Shown: positions 33,712 to 46,047, counted from the first letter of the stretch. The stretch: DNA of 64,000 nt from Thiohalomonadaceae bacterium (GCA_050287105.1 JBNKBG010000001.1:1546-65545), one strand, 5' to 3'. A program made the numbers and translations. The notes: generated by a model from the sequence alone, not told the origin.

Positions 33712-35212
33712 GACGCACCTCCTCGCCCAGCAGGCGGGCCGCTTCGACCCGGTCGCTGTAGGGGATCACTTGATCGCCGATCTTCTGCTCGCATTCGTGG
33801 CCCTTGCCCGCTACCAGGATCACATCCCCGGCATGACTGCGTTCAATCGCATGGGAAATGGCCTGGGTACGATCGCGGTCGACGTAAACCGCATCGGGCT
33901 CCATGATGCCGCCGAGGATCTGCTCGATGATGGTATAGGGGTCTTCGCGGCGCGGATTGTCGTCGGTCACCACCACGCTGTCTGCCAACTGTTCGGCAAT
34001 CCTACCCATCAGAGGGCGCTTCTCCTGATCCCGATCACCGCCGCAACCGAAGATGCACCAGAGGCGCCCTGTGGTGTGTTCGCGCAGGGCCGAAAGAGCG
34101 TTCTCCAGTGCGTCCGGGGTGTGGGCATAGTCGACCACCAGCAGTGGTTTGGCGCCACCGCCGAAGGCCTCCATCCGCCCCGGCACCGTCGTCACCTGCG
34201 CCAGTCGCGCCAATGCATCACTGAATTCATAGCCCAGCGCCAGTAGGGCGCCGCAGGCGGCCAACAGGTTGGCGGCGTTGAAACGACCCAGCAGGCCGCT
34301 CTGTAGTTCACCGCTGTGGCCTTTGTAATGAACGCTCATGCGCAGACCGCTGCCGTCCAGTTGCAGGTGGTCGCCACGTAGTTGTGCTTCGCCGCGCAGG
34401 CTGTAGCTGATCGAATCCACACCCTGCGGCAGTTTGGCCAGCCACTCGCGGCCCACCGGGTCGTCGGCATTGATGACGGCATGTTTCACTGCGGGGAAAT
34501 GGAGCAGGCGCTGCTTGGCCTCGGCGTAACTGGCCATGTCGCCGTGGTAATCGAGGTGCTCGTGGCTCAGATTGGTAAAGACCGCCACATCGAAATGGAC
34601 GCCGTTGACCCGCCCCTGATCGAGGGCGTGGGAGGAGACCTCCATCGACACGTGACGAGCACCGGCGTCGGCCATCTCCGCCAGTTGCCGTTGCAGGCTG
34701 ACCGCATCGGGAGTGGTGTGACCGGTATCGGTGAGTTGACCGTAGAGGCCACTGCCGAGGGTGCCGACCACGCCGCAGGGGGCGTCTCGACCGATCGCCT
34801 GGGCGATAAACTGGCTCACCGAAGTCTTGCCGTTGGTGCCGGTGACACCGACTACCTGTAGCACTGCCGAGGGGTCGGCGTAGAAACGGGCAGCGATTTC
34901 GCTGGCGTGCCAGTGCAGCGCTGCCACTTCGAATACCGGTACGGCAAAGCCGTGCAAATCGAGTCCGCGGGTCTCTTCACCCGGCTCCAGTGCCACGGCT
35001 ACCGCGCCCCGCTCGATGGCATCGTCGATATAGCGCACACCGTGTTGTGCGGTACCCGCACAGGCGAGGAACAACTCGCCCGGCTGGATCTGGCGGCTGT
35101 TGAGAGAGAGACCGCTGACACTGAGTTGCGGCAGCCGTGCCAGATCGACAAAACCTGCAAACAGGGTTTGCAGGTCCATACCGTTGGAGTCGTGACGCAG
35201 GACGCTCATCAT
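33704..35212 (-). CDS. murE: UDP-N-acetylmuramoyl-L-alanyl-D-glutamate--2,6-diaminopimelate ligase
   Basis: 502 aa with VTGTNGKTS and DNPR motifs. Confidence 0.95.
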   Translation of the reverse strand: MMSVLRHDSNGMDLQTLFAGFVDLARLPQLSVSGLSLNSRQIQPGELFLACAGTAQHGVRYIDDAIERGAVAVALEPGEETRGLDLHGFAVPVFEVAALHWHASEIAARFYADPSAVLQVVGVTGTNGKTSVSQFIAQAIGRDAPCGVVGTLGSGLYGQLTDTGHTTPDAVSLQRQLAEMADAGARHVSMEVSSHALDQGRVNGVHFDVAVFTNLSHEHLDYHGDMASYAEAKQRLLHFPAVKHAVINADDPVGREWLAKLPQGVDSISYSLRGEAQLRGDHLQLDGSGLRMSVHYKGHSGELQSGLLGRFNAANLLAACGALLALGYEFSDALARLAQVTTVPGRMEAFGGGAKPLLVVDYAHTPDALENALSALREHTTGRLWCIFGCGGDRDQEKRPLMGRIAEQLADSVVVTDDNPRREDPYTIIEQILGGIMEPDAVYVDRDRTQAISHAIERSHAGDVILVAGKGHECEQKIGDQVIPYSDRVEAARLLGEEVRHG

Positions 35213-36933
35213 CGGCTGTCCCCTGTCAGGGCCGCTACCCTGACCCCTTTGTAACTCCCCAGATCATCCGGCGGCACATCGAGCAAACGTAACGCCCCCT
35301 CCATCACCCGGGCAAAGACCGGTGCGGCGATCACCCCGCCGTAGTACTCGCCGTCGTCAGGCGTATCCACCACCACCACCATCGCCAGGCGCGGTTTGCT
35401 CACCGGCGCCAGACCGGCAAAGATGGCGTAGTAGTTGTCTTCGTTGTAACCGCCACCGCTGGCCTTGCGCACCGTGCCGGTCTTACCAGCGATACGATAG
35501 CCGGCCACCTGGGCACGGGTACCTGTACCGCCCTTCTGTACTACCGCTTCCAGCATCTTGCGTACGTCGCGGGCGATCTCCGGGGCGATCACCCGACGAG
35601 CCTCCGGGAGTTGCTCGCGGTCGCGTTTAAGGAAACTGATCGGCCGCTGCATACCATCGGCGGCCAGTGCGGCGTAGGCGTTGGCCAGTTGCAGGGTGGT
35701 CACCGAGAGACCATAGCCGTAGGAAACCGTGGCGCGCTCTGCCTGGCGCCAGTCCTGATAGGCATTGAGCAGGCCAGCCGCTTCACCAGGAAAACCACTG
35801 CCGGTATCGTAACCAAAGCCGAAGCGGACATAGGTGTCCCACAGCCGCTGCGGCTTGAGCGACAGGGCAATACGGCTGGCACCGACGTTGCTCGATTTCT
35901 GGATCACGGTAGCGACGTCGATCATGCCGTAGTCATGGGCATCACGGATGGTAAAGCTGCCCAGCTTGAGCGTGCCCGGATGGGTATTGATCGGGGTATG
36001 CGGACGATATTTACCACTCTCCAGCGCCGCGGCGATGGTGAACGGTTTCATGGTGGAGCCGGGCTCAAACAGATCGGTCACGGCGCGGTTACGGAAACGG
36101 GCGCTATCGAGATCGTGACGGTTGTTAGGGTTATAGGCGGGCTGGTTGACCATCGCCAGCACCTCGCCGGTCTTCACATCCAGCAGCACCACCGATCCGG
36201 CGCGGGCGTGATGGTGGGTCACTGCGGCCTTGAGTTCGCGGTAGGCCAGATACTGGATGCGCTGATCGATGCTCAGTTGCAGGTCTGCGCCATGACGCGG
36301 GTCGCTGAGGCTCTCCACGTTCTCCACCACGCGACCCAGGCGATCCTTGATCACCCGCTTGCTACCCGGCGTGCCACGCAGGGTTTCGTCCATCATCAAC
36401 TCAATGCCTTCCTGGCCACTGTCATCGACGTTGGTAAAGCCAACCACATGGGCCGCCACTTCGCCCATGGGGTAGTAGCGACGGTACTCAGGCTGCAGCG
36501 AAACGCCGGGGACACCCAGCGCCACCACCTGCTGCGCCAACTCAGGATTGATGTGACGGCGCAGATAGACGAACTCTTTCTCCATACGGCTGGCGAGCAG
36601 CTTCTCCAGAAAGCCCGCCGGCAGTTCAAGCAGTTTGCTCAGTTCAGGCCAATGCTCACGCGCCTCGGCCAGTTCCTGAGGATTGGCCCAGACCGATTCG
36701 ACCGGGGTACTCATGGCCAGCGGCTCACCATTGCGATCGGTGATCATGCCGCGATGCGCCGGTATAGAAACCACGCGCAGATAACGGGCGTCGCCCTGCC
36801 CCTGCAGGAATTCACGCTGATTGAGATTGAGATCCCCCATACGCCACAGCAACGCGACAACACCCAACAGCAACAGCAGCTTCACGAAGCGAAGCCGCTG
36901 GGGGTAACCACCGCTGTAGACGTTGTCACTCAT
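35209..36933 (-). CDS. ftsI: peptidoglycan D,D-transpeptidase FtsI (PBP3)
   Basis: STMKP, SSN and KTGT motifs. Start at ATG 36933 overlapping the ftsL TGA; the track ORF opens at 37053. Confidence 0.93.
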   Translation of the reverse strand: MSDNVYSGGYPQRLRFVKLLLLLGVVALLWRMGDLNLNQREFLQGQGDARYLRVVSIPAHRGMITDRNGEPLAMSTPVESVWANPQELAEAREHWPELSKLLELPAGFLEKLLASRMEKEFVYLRRHINPELAQQVVALGVPGVSLQPEYRRYYPMGEVAAHVVGFTNVDDSGQEGIELMMDETLRGTPGSKRVIKDRLGRVVENVESLSDPRHGADLQLSIDQRIQYLAYRELKAAVTHHHARAGSVVLLDVKTGEVLAMVNQPAYNPNNRHDLDSARFRNRAVTDLFEPGSTMKPFTIAAALESGKYRPHTPINTHPGTLKLGSFTIRDAHDYGMIDVATVIQKSSNVGASRIALSLKPQRLWDTYVRFGFGYDTGSGFPGEAAGLLNAYQDWRQAERATVSYGYGLSVTTLQLANAYAALAADGMQRPISFLKRDREQLPEARRVIAPEIARDVRKMLEAVVQKGGTGTRAQVAGYRIAGKTGTVRKASGGGYNEDNYYAIFAGLAPVSKPRLAMVVVVDTPDDGEYYGGVIAAPVFARVMEGALRLLDVPPDDLGSYKGVRVAALTGDSR

Positions 36934-37193
36934 GGACGTACGATCACCACTGATCCGGGAGAGGGAATCACCATATCCAGTTTGTCGCTGGCGGCCTGTT
37001 CGATGCGACCGTGGGTGGCCCATGTGCTCTGCTCCAGTTGCAGCCGGCCCCACTCTGCATTCAGGTCGTCGCGAACCTTGAGCAACTCCTCCATCTCGAC
37101 GAACAACTTGCGCGAGGTGTGGGTACTGAACACCACCGCCAGGGCGGTGGCAAAAACCAGGGCGGCCAGGCCACCAAGCATTGAGCGCATCAT
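36930..37193 (-). CDS. ftsL: cell division protein FtsL
   Basis: 87 aa, single TM helix plus coiled coil. Position between rsmH and ftsI. Confidence 0.85.
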   Translation of the reverse strand: MMRSMLGGLAALVFATALAVVFSTHTSRKLFVEMEELLKVRDDLNAEWGRLQLEQSTWATHGRIEQAASDKLDMVIPSPGSVVIVRP

Positions 37194-38128
37194 TGCCCGA
37201 TCCTCTCTGCTACACGCAGCACGGCGCTTCGTGCCCGCGGGTTGATGGCCAGCTCTTCTTTACCGGCGCGAATATCCCGGCCGACCAGGCGCAGACGCCG
37301 GTTGAAATGCGCCTCGGTCACTGGCAGGTCGGGGGGAAACTCACCACCCCGCGCCTCATCCCGGATAAAGCGTTTGACCCGACGATCCTCCAGTGAGTGG
37401 AAGCTGATCACCGCCAGACGCCCACCTGGCGCAAGCATCTCCACCGACTGTGTCAGTACCTGTTCCAAATCATCCAGCTCCGAATTGATGAAAATACGAA
37501 TTGCCTGAAAACTGCGCGTGGCCGGATTCTTATCCTTCTCCCATTTCGGGTTGGCCTCGGCGACGATCTTCGCCAGCCGCGCAGTGGTAGTGATAGGGCT
37601 CTGCTCACGCTGCTGCACGATGGCGCGGGCGATACGTTTGGCGAAGCGCTCTTCGCCATACTCTTTCAATACGTTTGCGATCTCCGCTTCCTTGGCCTGT
37701 GCCAGCCATTGCGCAGCACTAAGACCACTGCTTGGGTCCATACGCATATCCAGCGGGCCGTCATGGCTGAAGCTAAAACCGCGCTCAGGGTCGTCCAGTT
37801 GGGGGGATGAGACCCCCAGATCGAGCAGTATGCCGTCGACCTTACCCATCCAACCGCGCTGTTCCGCTTCCCGACCAAGCATGGTGAAGCTCCCCTGCAC
37901 AATCTCGAACCGTGGGTCAGCGGCGAAACGCTGCCGCGCAACCTCAACCGCCTGCGGGTCCTTATCCATTCCCAGCAGACGGCCCTTTTCATTCAGGCGC
38001 TGCAAAATGGCCGCACTATGCCCACCCCGGCCAAAGGTGCCGTCCAGATAGATCCCATCCGGACGTATGTTCAGTGCCACCAGTACCTCGTCGAACAGTA
38101 CCGGGCGGTGCTCCAGTGCCTTCCCCAT
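37190..38128 (-). CDS. rsmH: 16S rRNA (cytosine1402-N4)-methyltransferase
   Basis: HRPVL..EV...L......[12 protein letters not shown] and DLGVSS motifs. Confidence 0.95.
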   Translation of the reverse strand: MGKALEHRPVLFDEVLVALNIRPDGIYLDGTFGRGGHSAAILQRLNEKGRLLGMDKDPQAVEVARQRFAADPRFEIVQGSFTMLGREAEQRGWMGKVDGILLDLGVSSPQLDDPERGFSFSHDGPLDMRMDPSSGLSAAQWLAQAKEAEIANVLKEYGEERFAKRIARAIVQQREQSPITTTARLAKIVAEANPKWEKDKNPATRSFQAIRIFINSELDDLEQVLTQSVEMLAPGGRLAVISFHSLEDRRVKRFIRDEARGGEFPPDLPVTEAHFNRRLRLVGRDIRAGKEELAINPRARSAVLRVAERIGQ

Positions 38129-38131
38129 GAT

Positions 38132-38593
38132 TCAGAGAGAGAGGTTCTGGAGTTCCGGCGGCAGTTGCCCATCGGCGATGGACTCGTCTGCCAGCCAGTT
38201 ATCCCGCTGTGCGTTCCACAGCGCGGCATCCCACAATTCAAATTTCTTGCCCTGGCCGATCAGCACCACCTGCTTGTCCAGGTTGGCGTATTGGCGCAGC
38301 GGCGGGGGGAGGAGCAGACGGCCGTTGCCATCCATCTCCACATCGGTGGCATGACCCATCAGCAGGCGTTGTACCCGGCGGGCCTGGGAGTTGAAACTGG
38401 GCAGGGCATCGAGTTTCTGCTCGATCGCCTCCCATTCGGGCTGGGGGTAGATGAGCAGGCAGCGCTCCTCGGTATCGATGGTGATCACCAGACGACCATC
38501 GCTACGCTCGTTCAAGCGCTCGCGATAACGCGTCGGCATCGCCATGCGACCCTTGGCATCCAGATTGAGTTCTGTCACTCCCCGAAACAACAC
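38132..38593 (-). CDS. mraZ: transcriptional regulator MraZ
   Basis: GTG start. FRGVTELNLDAKGRMAMPTRYR, duplicated SpoVT/AbrB-like halves. Confidence 0.95.
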   Translation of the reverse strand: MLFRGVTELNLDAKGRMAMPTRYRERLNERSDGRLVITIDTEERCLLIYPQPEWEAIEQKLDALPSFNSQARRVQRLLMGHATDVEMDGNGRLLLPPPLRQYANLDKQVVLIGQGKKFELWDAALWNAQRDNWLADESIADGQLPPELQNLSL

Positions 38594-38624
38594 CCGGTGG
38601 CTCTCCTCGTTAGTGAAGCCTTAC

Positions 38625-38687
38625 TCCACTTTGATCCACTTTGTCCCACATTTGTACACTATATGAAGCGAGGAGCCGAAATGTCAA
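38625..38687 (-). promoter_or_regulatory. Pmra-like sigma70 promoter plus three 10-nt-phased GTGG[G/A]N MraZ-box repeats
   Basis: On the minus strand: TTGACA (38687-38682), 18-nt spacer, TATAGT (38663-38658). Then GTGGGA (38650-38645), GTGGAT (38640-38635) and GTGGAG (38630-38625), exactly 10 nt apart. Confidence 0.7.
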
Positions 38688-38865
38688 GTAAATTACGGGA
38701 CGAGATCTCGTAATTCCTGCTTATTTCACAATAACTTACGAAAAGTGGCGCAGGGTGGGAGCAGTGTAGAAAATGGGGGTAAGGAGAGAGCGTTTTTCAA
38801 TCAATCTGTTGAGGTGAGAACTTAAAGTAAAGTCTCAAGTTCTGGGGTAAACTGGAGGGGAAAAA

Positions 38866-39219
38866 GAGGGAGCCGGCCTGTAAGCCGGGTTCTGTCGAGA
38901 ACAGTCATTCATCTGCGATGCCCGTCACCGGACACCTGAAGCGACCTACCCGGGAACAGCGCGGGCCGCGCCATTGTTCCCCTATTTGGTCTTGCTCCGG
39001 GTGGGGTTTACCTTGCCACGAACTGTTGCCAGCCGCGCGGTGCGCTCTTACCGCACCATTTCAACCTTACCTGTGCTCCCGAAGAAGCCATCGGCGGTAT
39101 ATTTTCTGCTGCACTTTCCGTCGGCTCTCACCGCCCAGGCGTTACCTGGCACCCTGCCCTGTGGAGCCCGGACTTTCCTCCATATCCGAAGATACAGCGA
39201 CTGTCCGGCCGACTCCCGC
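38866..39219 (-). ncRNA. rnpB: RNase P RNA, bacterial type A
   Basis: The reverse complement contains GGAGGAAAGTCCGGGCTCCACAGGGCAGGGTGCCAGGTAACGCCTGGG, GGTAAGAGCGCACCGCG, ACCCGGAGCAAGACCAAATAGGGG and AGATGAATGACTGT...ACAGAACCCGGCTTA. A P1 helix is formed by GGGAGTCGGCCGG and CCGGCCGGCTCCC. Ends are approximate. Confidence 0.93.
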
Positions 39220-39265
39220 GCATAAGATACCCTTTAACGGGAAAGATTCAATCAATAAGTGGCTG

Positions 39266-40111
39266 TTATGCCTCTTTTTTCTCCAGCAGATGCTGGTAGA
39301 GAGTGTTTTTCCTGCCACCGCTGATCCGCGCCGCCAGCGCCGCCGCCTGTTTCAGGGGTAACTCCTCCGCCAGCATCTCGGCGATACGCTGCCCTTCCCG
39401 GTCGTCCTCCTCAGCGACGGCGGGGGCACCGTGTAGCAGAACGACAAACTCTCCCTTCTGCTGGTTGGCATCCTGCAGCACCCACTCCTGCAACTCGCCC
39501 AGGCTGGCGTGGCGGATGGTCTCAAAGGTCTTGGTCAGCTCCCGCGCCAGCACTGCCTCTCGCTCAGCACCCAATATGACGACCATGTCGGCAAGGGATT
39601 CAACGATGCGATGTGGGGATTCGTAGAACATCAGAGTACGTGGCTCGTCACGTAGTGATTCCAGTTGCTTGCGCCGGTTACCCGACTTGGCCGGGAGGAA
39701 CCCCTCGAAACAGAAGCGGTCTGTAGGCAGGCCACTCGCTGAAAGCGCGGCGATCAGGGCACTGGGACCGGGTATTGGCACGACTTTCAACCCGGCCAAT
39801 TGGGCATCGCGCACCAGTACATAACCCGGATCGCTGATCAGCGGTGTCCCCGCATCGGAGATCAGGGCGATCGACTTGCCTGCCTGCAGCTGTTCGATCA
39901 GGAGACCACTCCTCTCCCGTTCGTTATGCTCATGCAGGGAGAATAGCGGGGTGGTAATGGAGAAATGACGCAGCAATCCGGCACTGTGTCGGGTATCCTC
40001 AGCGGCGATACGATCGACCTGACGCAGGATATCCACACCACGAGGCGAGAGATCGCCCAGATTGCCGATCGGTGTCGCAACGATATAAAGAACACCGGCT
40101 TCAATTGACAC
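39266..40111 (-). CDS. rsmI: 16S rRNA (cytidine1402-2'-O)-methyltransferase
   Basis: LYIVATPIGNLGDLSPR. 281 aa. Divergent from lpoA, as in enterobacteria. Confidence 0.93.
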   Translation of the reverse strand: MSIEAGVLYIVATPIGNLGDLSPRGVDILRQVDRIAAEDTRHSAGLLRHFSITTPLFSLHEHNERERSGLLIEQLQAGKSIALISDAGTPLISDPGYVLVRDAQLAGLKVVPIPGPSALIAALSASGLPTDRFCFEGFLPAKSGNRRKQLESLRDEPRTLMFYESPHRIVESLADMVVILGAEREAVLARELTKTFETIRHASLGELQEWVLQDANQQKGEFVVLLHGAPAVAEEDDREGQRIAEMLAEELPLKQAAALAARISGGRKNTLYQHLLEKKEA

Positions 40112-42062
40112 TGCGTCACCTCACCAAGATACTGTGCAATTTGCAGAACACCCGGCAGTTTCCGGGTGCGAGATAGCGGAACATATCATCCCATGCAGAC
40201 GCAGAAGAATATATTGGTTTTACTCCTTGTTGCAGCCCTGTTTGGCTGCGCCGGCGGTCCTTCACGCAAAGTCTACTCCCCAGAGGAGAAACCGGCCGCC
40301 GCCGCCGAGGCGATGCAGAGCGGTGACTATCAACTGGCCGCCTCACTCTACAGCCAACTCGCCGCGAGCGTGCCACCTCCCAGAGGTTTTGAATACGGCT
40401 ATCTCGCTGCCCAGGCGATGTTCCAGGCAGGCCTGTTGAATCAGGCAAGTGAACAGCTGCAACTGTTGCCAGAGAGAAATCTGTCGCTGGAACTGCGCAT
40501 GAAGGCGCAACTGTTGCGCGCTGAGATCCCACTCAAGCGTGATCCGGATCTGGCCCTCAGCATCCTGAGCACACCAGCGGTACCGGAAAATCTGCTCAAG
40601 GATGGCGCCACGCTCTTCTCCCAATATCACCAGCTACGCGGCCGAGCCTTTGCCCGAGTGGGTAACCATCTCGAAACCGCACGCGAGTACATCCTGCATG
40701 AGCTCTACCTCAGTGACGAGCAGCAGATCCAGAATGTGCAGATGGCGATCTGGCAATCCCTCTCTCTGCTCACCCCCCAGGCACTACGCCAGCTAAGAGT
40801 GCAGCCGCCACCGGATGCCCTGAGTGGCTGGATGGAACTGGTGGAGATCTCCAAGGACTACAACCTGACACCGCTCCAGGTGCAAAAACGGATCGCCACC
40901 TGGCGCTCGCGCTACAGAGGTCACCCTGCACGAGAGCCGGTACTGCAGATGTTGATCGAACGCAGCCGCGAACTGGCGCAACGTCCCGGCAGCATCGGCC
41001 TGTTACTGCCGCTGAGTGGTCGCTTCAGTGCCGCCGGCAAGGCGATCCAGGAGGGACTATTTGCCGCCTACTATCAGGACCCGCAACACGAATCGATCAC
41101 CCTGCATATCTACGACACCGGTGAAAACCCGGAGCAGGCGGAAGCGGCCTATGAGAAGGCGGTAGATGAAGGGGCGGAATTTATCATCGGCCCACTGGAC
41201 AAAACTGCCACCGCACAACTTGCGGATCGCAGCAGCCTGCCGGTTCCCACCATGGCGTTGAACTACGCCCAGCGCGCCAGCAGCGAACGCTTCTACCAGT
41301 TCAGCCTGGCTCCGGAGGATGAGGCACGTGAGGTTGCGGATCGCGCCTGGCAGGAGGGCCACACCCATGCCGCGTTGCTGTTGCCGCAAAGTAGTCTGGG
41401 CGACCGTCTTGCCGAGGCATTTAAGGCACGCTGGCTCCAGCTGGGCGGCAGCATAGGCAGCGAGAGCCGTTACGACGGGGTCAACAACGACTTCTCTATC
41501 CCGATTAAAAACCTGCTTAACATTAACGACAGTGAATTCCGCAAACGCCGTGTCAGTCAGCTGATTTCCGGCAAGGTCGAGTTCACGCCGCGTCGTCGTC
41601 AGGACATCGATTTTATCTTCCTTGCCGCCTTCCCGCGTCAGGCTCGTCTGATCCGGCCGCAGTTGAAGTTCTACCATGCCGCCGATCTGCCCATCCTCGC
41701 CACCTCACACCTATATCAGGGTGAAATCAACCGTAACGCAGACCGCGACATGGATGACATCACCTTCTGCGATATGCCGTGGACTCTGGATGCACCGAGT
41801 TCGTTACAGGATTTCCGCCGCCAGAATGCCAAGGAGTTTGAAAAACACCGTGGCGAATTGCAGCGGCTGGTAGCGCTGGGTGTCGATGCCTACCGCCTGG
41901 TACCGCTGTTGACCATGCTGGAGAGTCACCCCTTCGAACACTATCGTGGCGAGACCGGCAAGCTGTCGGTCAGCGAAAACGGGCGTATCGAACGCCAGCT
42001 ATTGTGGGCCCAATTCACCCGCGGTATACCGCGACTCCAGGAAGAGCGTGTGGTGGAGATCA

Positions 42063-43042
<980 letters not shown>

Positions 43043-43044
43043 CA

Positions 43045-43620
43045 GTGGTACTACGTCTTAGCGTCCTCCTCACCCTGCTCTCTCTGCTCTCCTCCTGTGC
43101 TGCACCGCTGGTGATCGCCGGAAGTGCGGCGGCGGGCGTGATGATCGCCAAAGACAACCGCAGCCCCGAGGTGATGCTCAATGACGAACGCATTGAACTC
43201 AGCGCCCAGGAGCGCATTACCGCCGATGCGGAGCTGCTCGCCAGCAGCCACATCAACATCACCAGCTATAACGGCGTGGTATTGATCACTGGGGAAGTAC
43301 TGCTACCGATGTACAAGGCACAGGTCGAGAAGCTGGTACGGGAAGAGAATGGTGTACGCGAAATACGTAATGAACTGCGCATCGCTCCGGCCAGCAGCAC
43401 CGAGAGCCGCCGCAACGACACCCTGCTCACCTCCCGGGTGCTCTCGCGCCTGTTCGATGCCGAGAATATCGATTCGACCAACGTCAAGGTGGTCAGCGAA
43501 AATGCCACCGTCTACCTGATGGGCATGCTCAATCGAGCCGAGGCGGAGCGCGTGGTAGAGGTGGCGCGCCGCACCTCCGGCGTGGCACGCGTGGTCAAGG
43601 TCTTCGAATACACGGGATGA
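43045..43620 (+). CDS. dual-BON-domain lipoprotein (DolP/YraP-like)
   Basis: GTG start, lipobox LSSC, two BON-like segments. Synteny after diaA. Confidence 0.8.
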   Translation: MVLRLSVLLTLLSLLSSCAAPLVIAGSAAAGVMIAKDNRSPEVMLNDERIELSAQERITADAELLASSHINITSYNGVVLITGEVLLPMYKAQVEKLVREENGVREIRNELRIAPASSTESRRNDTLLTSRVLSRLFDAENIDSTNVKVVSENATVYLMGMLNRAEAERVVEVARRTSGVARVVKVFEYTG

Positions 43621-45032
43621 GCAGCAACGACTCCCGGCTCTCCCCGGCATTTCTTGCCGCCCTGCAGCAGCACCTCCCGGCTGATACGATCTGCCTCGAC
43701 CAGGCGGAGCGCTGGACCTACGGCTATGACAATAGCCGCCTGCACAGCCTGCCGGACGTGGTGGTCAAGGCAGAGAGCGAGGCGCAGATCGCCACCCTGC
43801 TGAAATTATGCAGCAAACACCGCATACCGGTAACCGCCCGCGGCAGTGGTACCGGCACCGCTGGCGCAGCGGTACCGCTACAACACGGCGTGCTCCTCTC
43901 CTGCGAAAACCTCAACCAGATCCTCAAGGTCGACCCGGACAACCGGGTGATCGTAGTTCAGCCGGGCGTCAGCAACGGTCAGGTCCAACAGGCCGCAGCC
44001 GCCCACGGTTTCTTCTGGCCACCGGACCCCACCAGCACCGAGATCTGCACCATTGGCGGTAACCTCGCCTGCAACGCAGCAGGACCACGTGCAGTCAAGT
44101 ACGGCACGCCACGGGAGAACACGCTGGGACTACGTGCCGTCACCATCGATGGAGAGGTAGTGAAAACCGGCTGCTATACCACCAAGGGCGTGGTGGGCTA
44201 CGACCTGACCCGGTTGTTGATCGGCGCTGAGGGCACCCTGGCGGTGATCACCGAAGCGACCCTCAAGCTCACCCCGCTGCCCGCAAGCAAACGCACCCTG
44301 CGCGCCATCTACCGTGACATGGGCTGCGCCGCCCGCGCCGTCTCCCGCATCATGGCCGGGGCCGTTACTCCCTGCACCCTGGAGTTCATGGACGGTCAGG
44401 CGCTGAACATGATCCGCGACTATAGCGACAACAACCTCCCCACGGAGGCGGGTGCACTTCTGATGATCGAGGTGGATGGCAGTGACGCCAGTGTGGAAGC
44501 CGATGCCCGTGCTGTGCAGGCCGCTGCCGAGGTGGAAGGCTGTCTCGGGGTCATACTCGCCAGCAGCAGGGAAGAGGTCGCCGCCCTGTGGACCCTGCGC
44601 AAGGCGCTCTCCCCTGCCCTGCGTAACGTGGCACCAAAGAAGATCAACGAAGACGTGGTGGTGCCGGTATCGCGCATGCCGGAACTGCTCGACGGCATCG
44701 GCAGGCTGTCACAGCAGCACGCCATCACCATCGTCAACTTCGGCCATGCGGGTAACGGCAATATCCACGTCAACCTGCTGGTCAATCCGGACGACCCGGC
44801 GGAGATGGCTCGCGCCGAGGTTTGCCTGGCAGAACTGTTCGATCTGGTGTTGTCACTGGACGGCACCCTCTCAGGCGAACACGGCATCGGTGTGGTGAAA
44901 CGGGAGTTTGTCGCCCGTGAGCTGGACCCGGTGGCGCTAAGGCTAATGCAACAGATCAAACAGCAGTTCGATCCCCACAACCTGCTCAATCCCGGTAAGG
45001 CTTTGCCTGATGCGGTGAAAGGTGAAAGGTGA
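43617..45032 (+). CDS. FAD-binding oxidase (GlcD / D-lactate dehydrogenase-like)
   Basis: 471 aa. RGSGTGTAGAAVP FAD-binding PCMH region and C-terminal GEHGIG..K motif. Confidence 0.85.
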   Translation: MSSNDSRLSPAFLAALQQHLPADTICLDQAERWTYGYDNSRLHSLPDVVVKAESEAQIATLLKLCSKHRIPVTARGSGTGTAGAAVPLQHGVLLSCENLNQILKVDPDNRVIVVQPGVSNGQVQQAAAAHGFFWPPDPTSTEICTIGGNLACNAAGPRAVKYGTPRENTLGLRAVTIDGEVVKTGCYTTKGVVGYDLTRLLIGAEGTLAVITEATLKLTPLPASKRTLRAIYRDMGCAARAVSRIMAGAVTPCTLEFMDGQALNMIRDYSDNNLPTEAGALLMIEVDGSDASVEADARAVQAAAEVEGCLGVILASSREEVAALWTLRKALSPALRNVAPKKINEDVVVPVSRMPELLDGIGRLSQQHAITIVNFGHAGNGNIHVNLLVNPDDPAEMARAEVCLAELFDLVLSLDGTLSGEHGIGVVKREFVARELDPVALRLMQQIKQQFDPHNLLNPGKALPDAVKGER

Positions 45033-45079
45033 AAGGTAATAATCTCTCTCGGCTTCGGTGCTGTTGAAAGCCTTTCCCT

Positions 45080-45577
45080 TTAACCTTTTACCTCCAAAAG
45101 CTCCCGATAGATCGCCGTGTCCTCGTCACCATGGGTGACGATGAGGATACGTTCAAATTGGGATTCGTATTCGCGCATCACCGAGAGGGCGATACGGGCG
45201 GCCTCCGGCTTGGGATAGCCGTAGACGCCAGTGCTGATGGCGGGAAAGGCGATGCTGCGAAGCTGCTGCCTCAGCGCCAGTTCCAGGGCATGGCGATAGC
45301 AGGCGGCAAGCTGTTCGGCCTCACCCCGCGTACCACCGTGCCAGACCGGGCCAACGGTGCTGATCACATGCTTTGCAGGGAGTTGAAAACCGGGACTGAG
45401 CCGGGCCTCGCCGGTCGGACAACCACGCAGGGTGGCGTTGAATTCCCGCAATTGCGGCCCTGCGGCCCGATGGATGGCGCCATCCACGCCGCCACCGCCC
45501 AACAGGCTGCTGTTGGCAGCGTTGACGATGGCATCGACTTCACATTGGGTGATATCACCCTGGATGAGTTCAAGCAT
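45080..45577 (-). CDS. macro domain protein (O-acetyl-ADP-ribose deacetylase-like)
   Basis: [40 protein letters not shown]. Start at the internal ATG at 45577. Confidence 0.85.
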   Translation of the reverse strand: MLELIQGDITQCEVDAIVNAANSSLLGGGGVDGAIHRAAGPQLREFNATLRGCPTGEARLSPGFQLPAKHVISTVGPVWHGGTRGEAEQLAACYRHALELALRQQLRSIAFPAISTGVYGYPKPEAARIALSVMREYESQFERILIVTHGDEDTAIYRELLEVKG

Positions 45578-45611
45578 ATCGCCTCCGCAGGTGGAGGAAG
45601 AAGGGAGCGCC

Positions 45612-46013
45612 CTATTTGACCACGCGCAGTTTGGGTCGTTTTTTGGCCTCACTGCGTGAACCTGTGCCCGACGGCGGCTCGTCGTTGTTGTCTTCCTCGG
45701 TGAAGACCATCCCCTTGCCATTTTCCCGGGCGTAGATCGCCAGCACCGACATCACCGGTATGCTGATGTGCATCGGTGAGCCGCTGAAGCGGGCGTCCAT
45801 CTCTACCAGCTCATTTCCCAGTTGCAGATTTTGCACCGCACTGGGATTGATGTTGAGGACGATCTTGCCGCCCTCAACAAACTGCCTCGGCACCACCACC
45901 TTCTCGTCCTCGGCGTTCACCAGAACGTAAGGGGTCATGCCGTTGTCGACGATCCAGTCGTACAGGGCACGAATCAGGTAGGGACGGCTTGGCGTCATGA
46001 CTGCTTCAGGCAT
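45612..46013 (-). CDS. sspB: ClpXP adaptor / stringent starvation protein B
   Basis: [24 protein letters not shown]. Start at ATG 46013, with AGAGG upstream. Confidence 0.9.
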   Translation of the reverse strand: MPEAVMTPSRPYLIRALYDWIVDNGMTPYVLVNAEDEKVVVPRQFVEGGKIVLNINPSAVQNLQLGNELVEMDARFSGSPMHISIPVMSVLAIYARENGKGMVFTEEDNNDEPPSGTGSRSEAKKRPKLRVVK

Positions 46014-46047
46014 AGTAGTGCCTCTGCTCCTCGCCGATGCAGGACAG

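Noticed and set aside
32470-33906. 478-aa plus-strand ORF
   Set aside because: It is antisense to murF/murE. It has no recognisable motifs and is a high-GC shadow frame.
35611-37245. 544-aa plus-strand ORF
   Set aside because: It lies entirely antisense to ftsI/ftsL. Its composition is low-complexity and R/H/G/A-rich, typical of shadow ORFs in high-GC coding DNA. ftsI has clear PBP3 motifs on the other strand.
45014-45034. Heptamer microsatellite (ggtgaaa) x3 at the end of the GlcD-like gene
   Set aside because: There are only three units, and they span the stop codon (encoding VKGER*). It is too short to argue for phase variation or a regulatory role.
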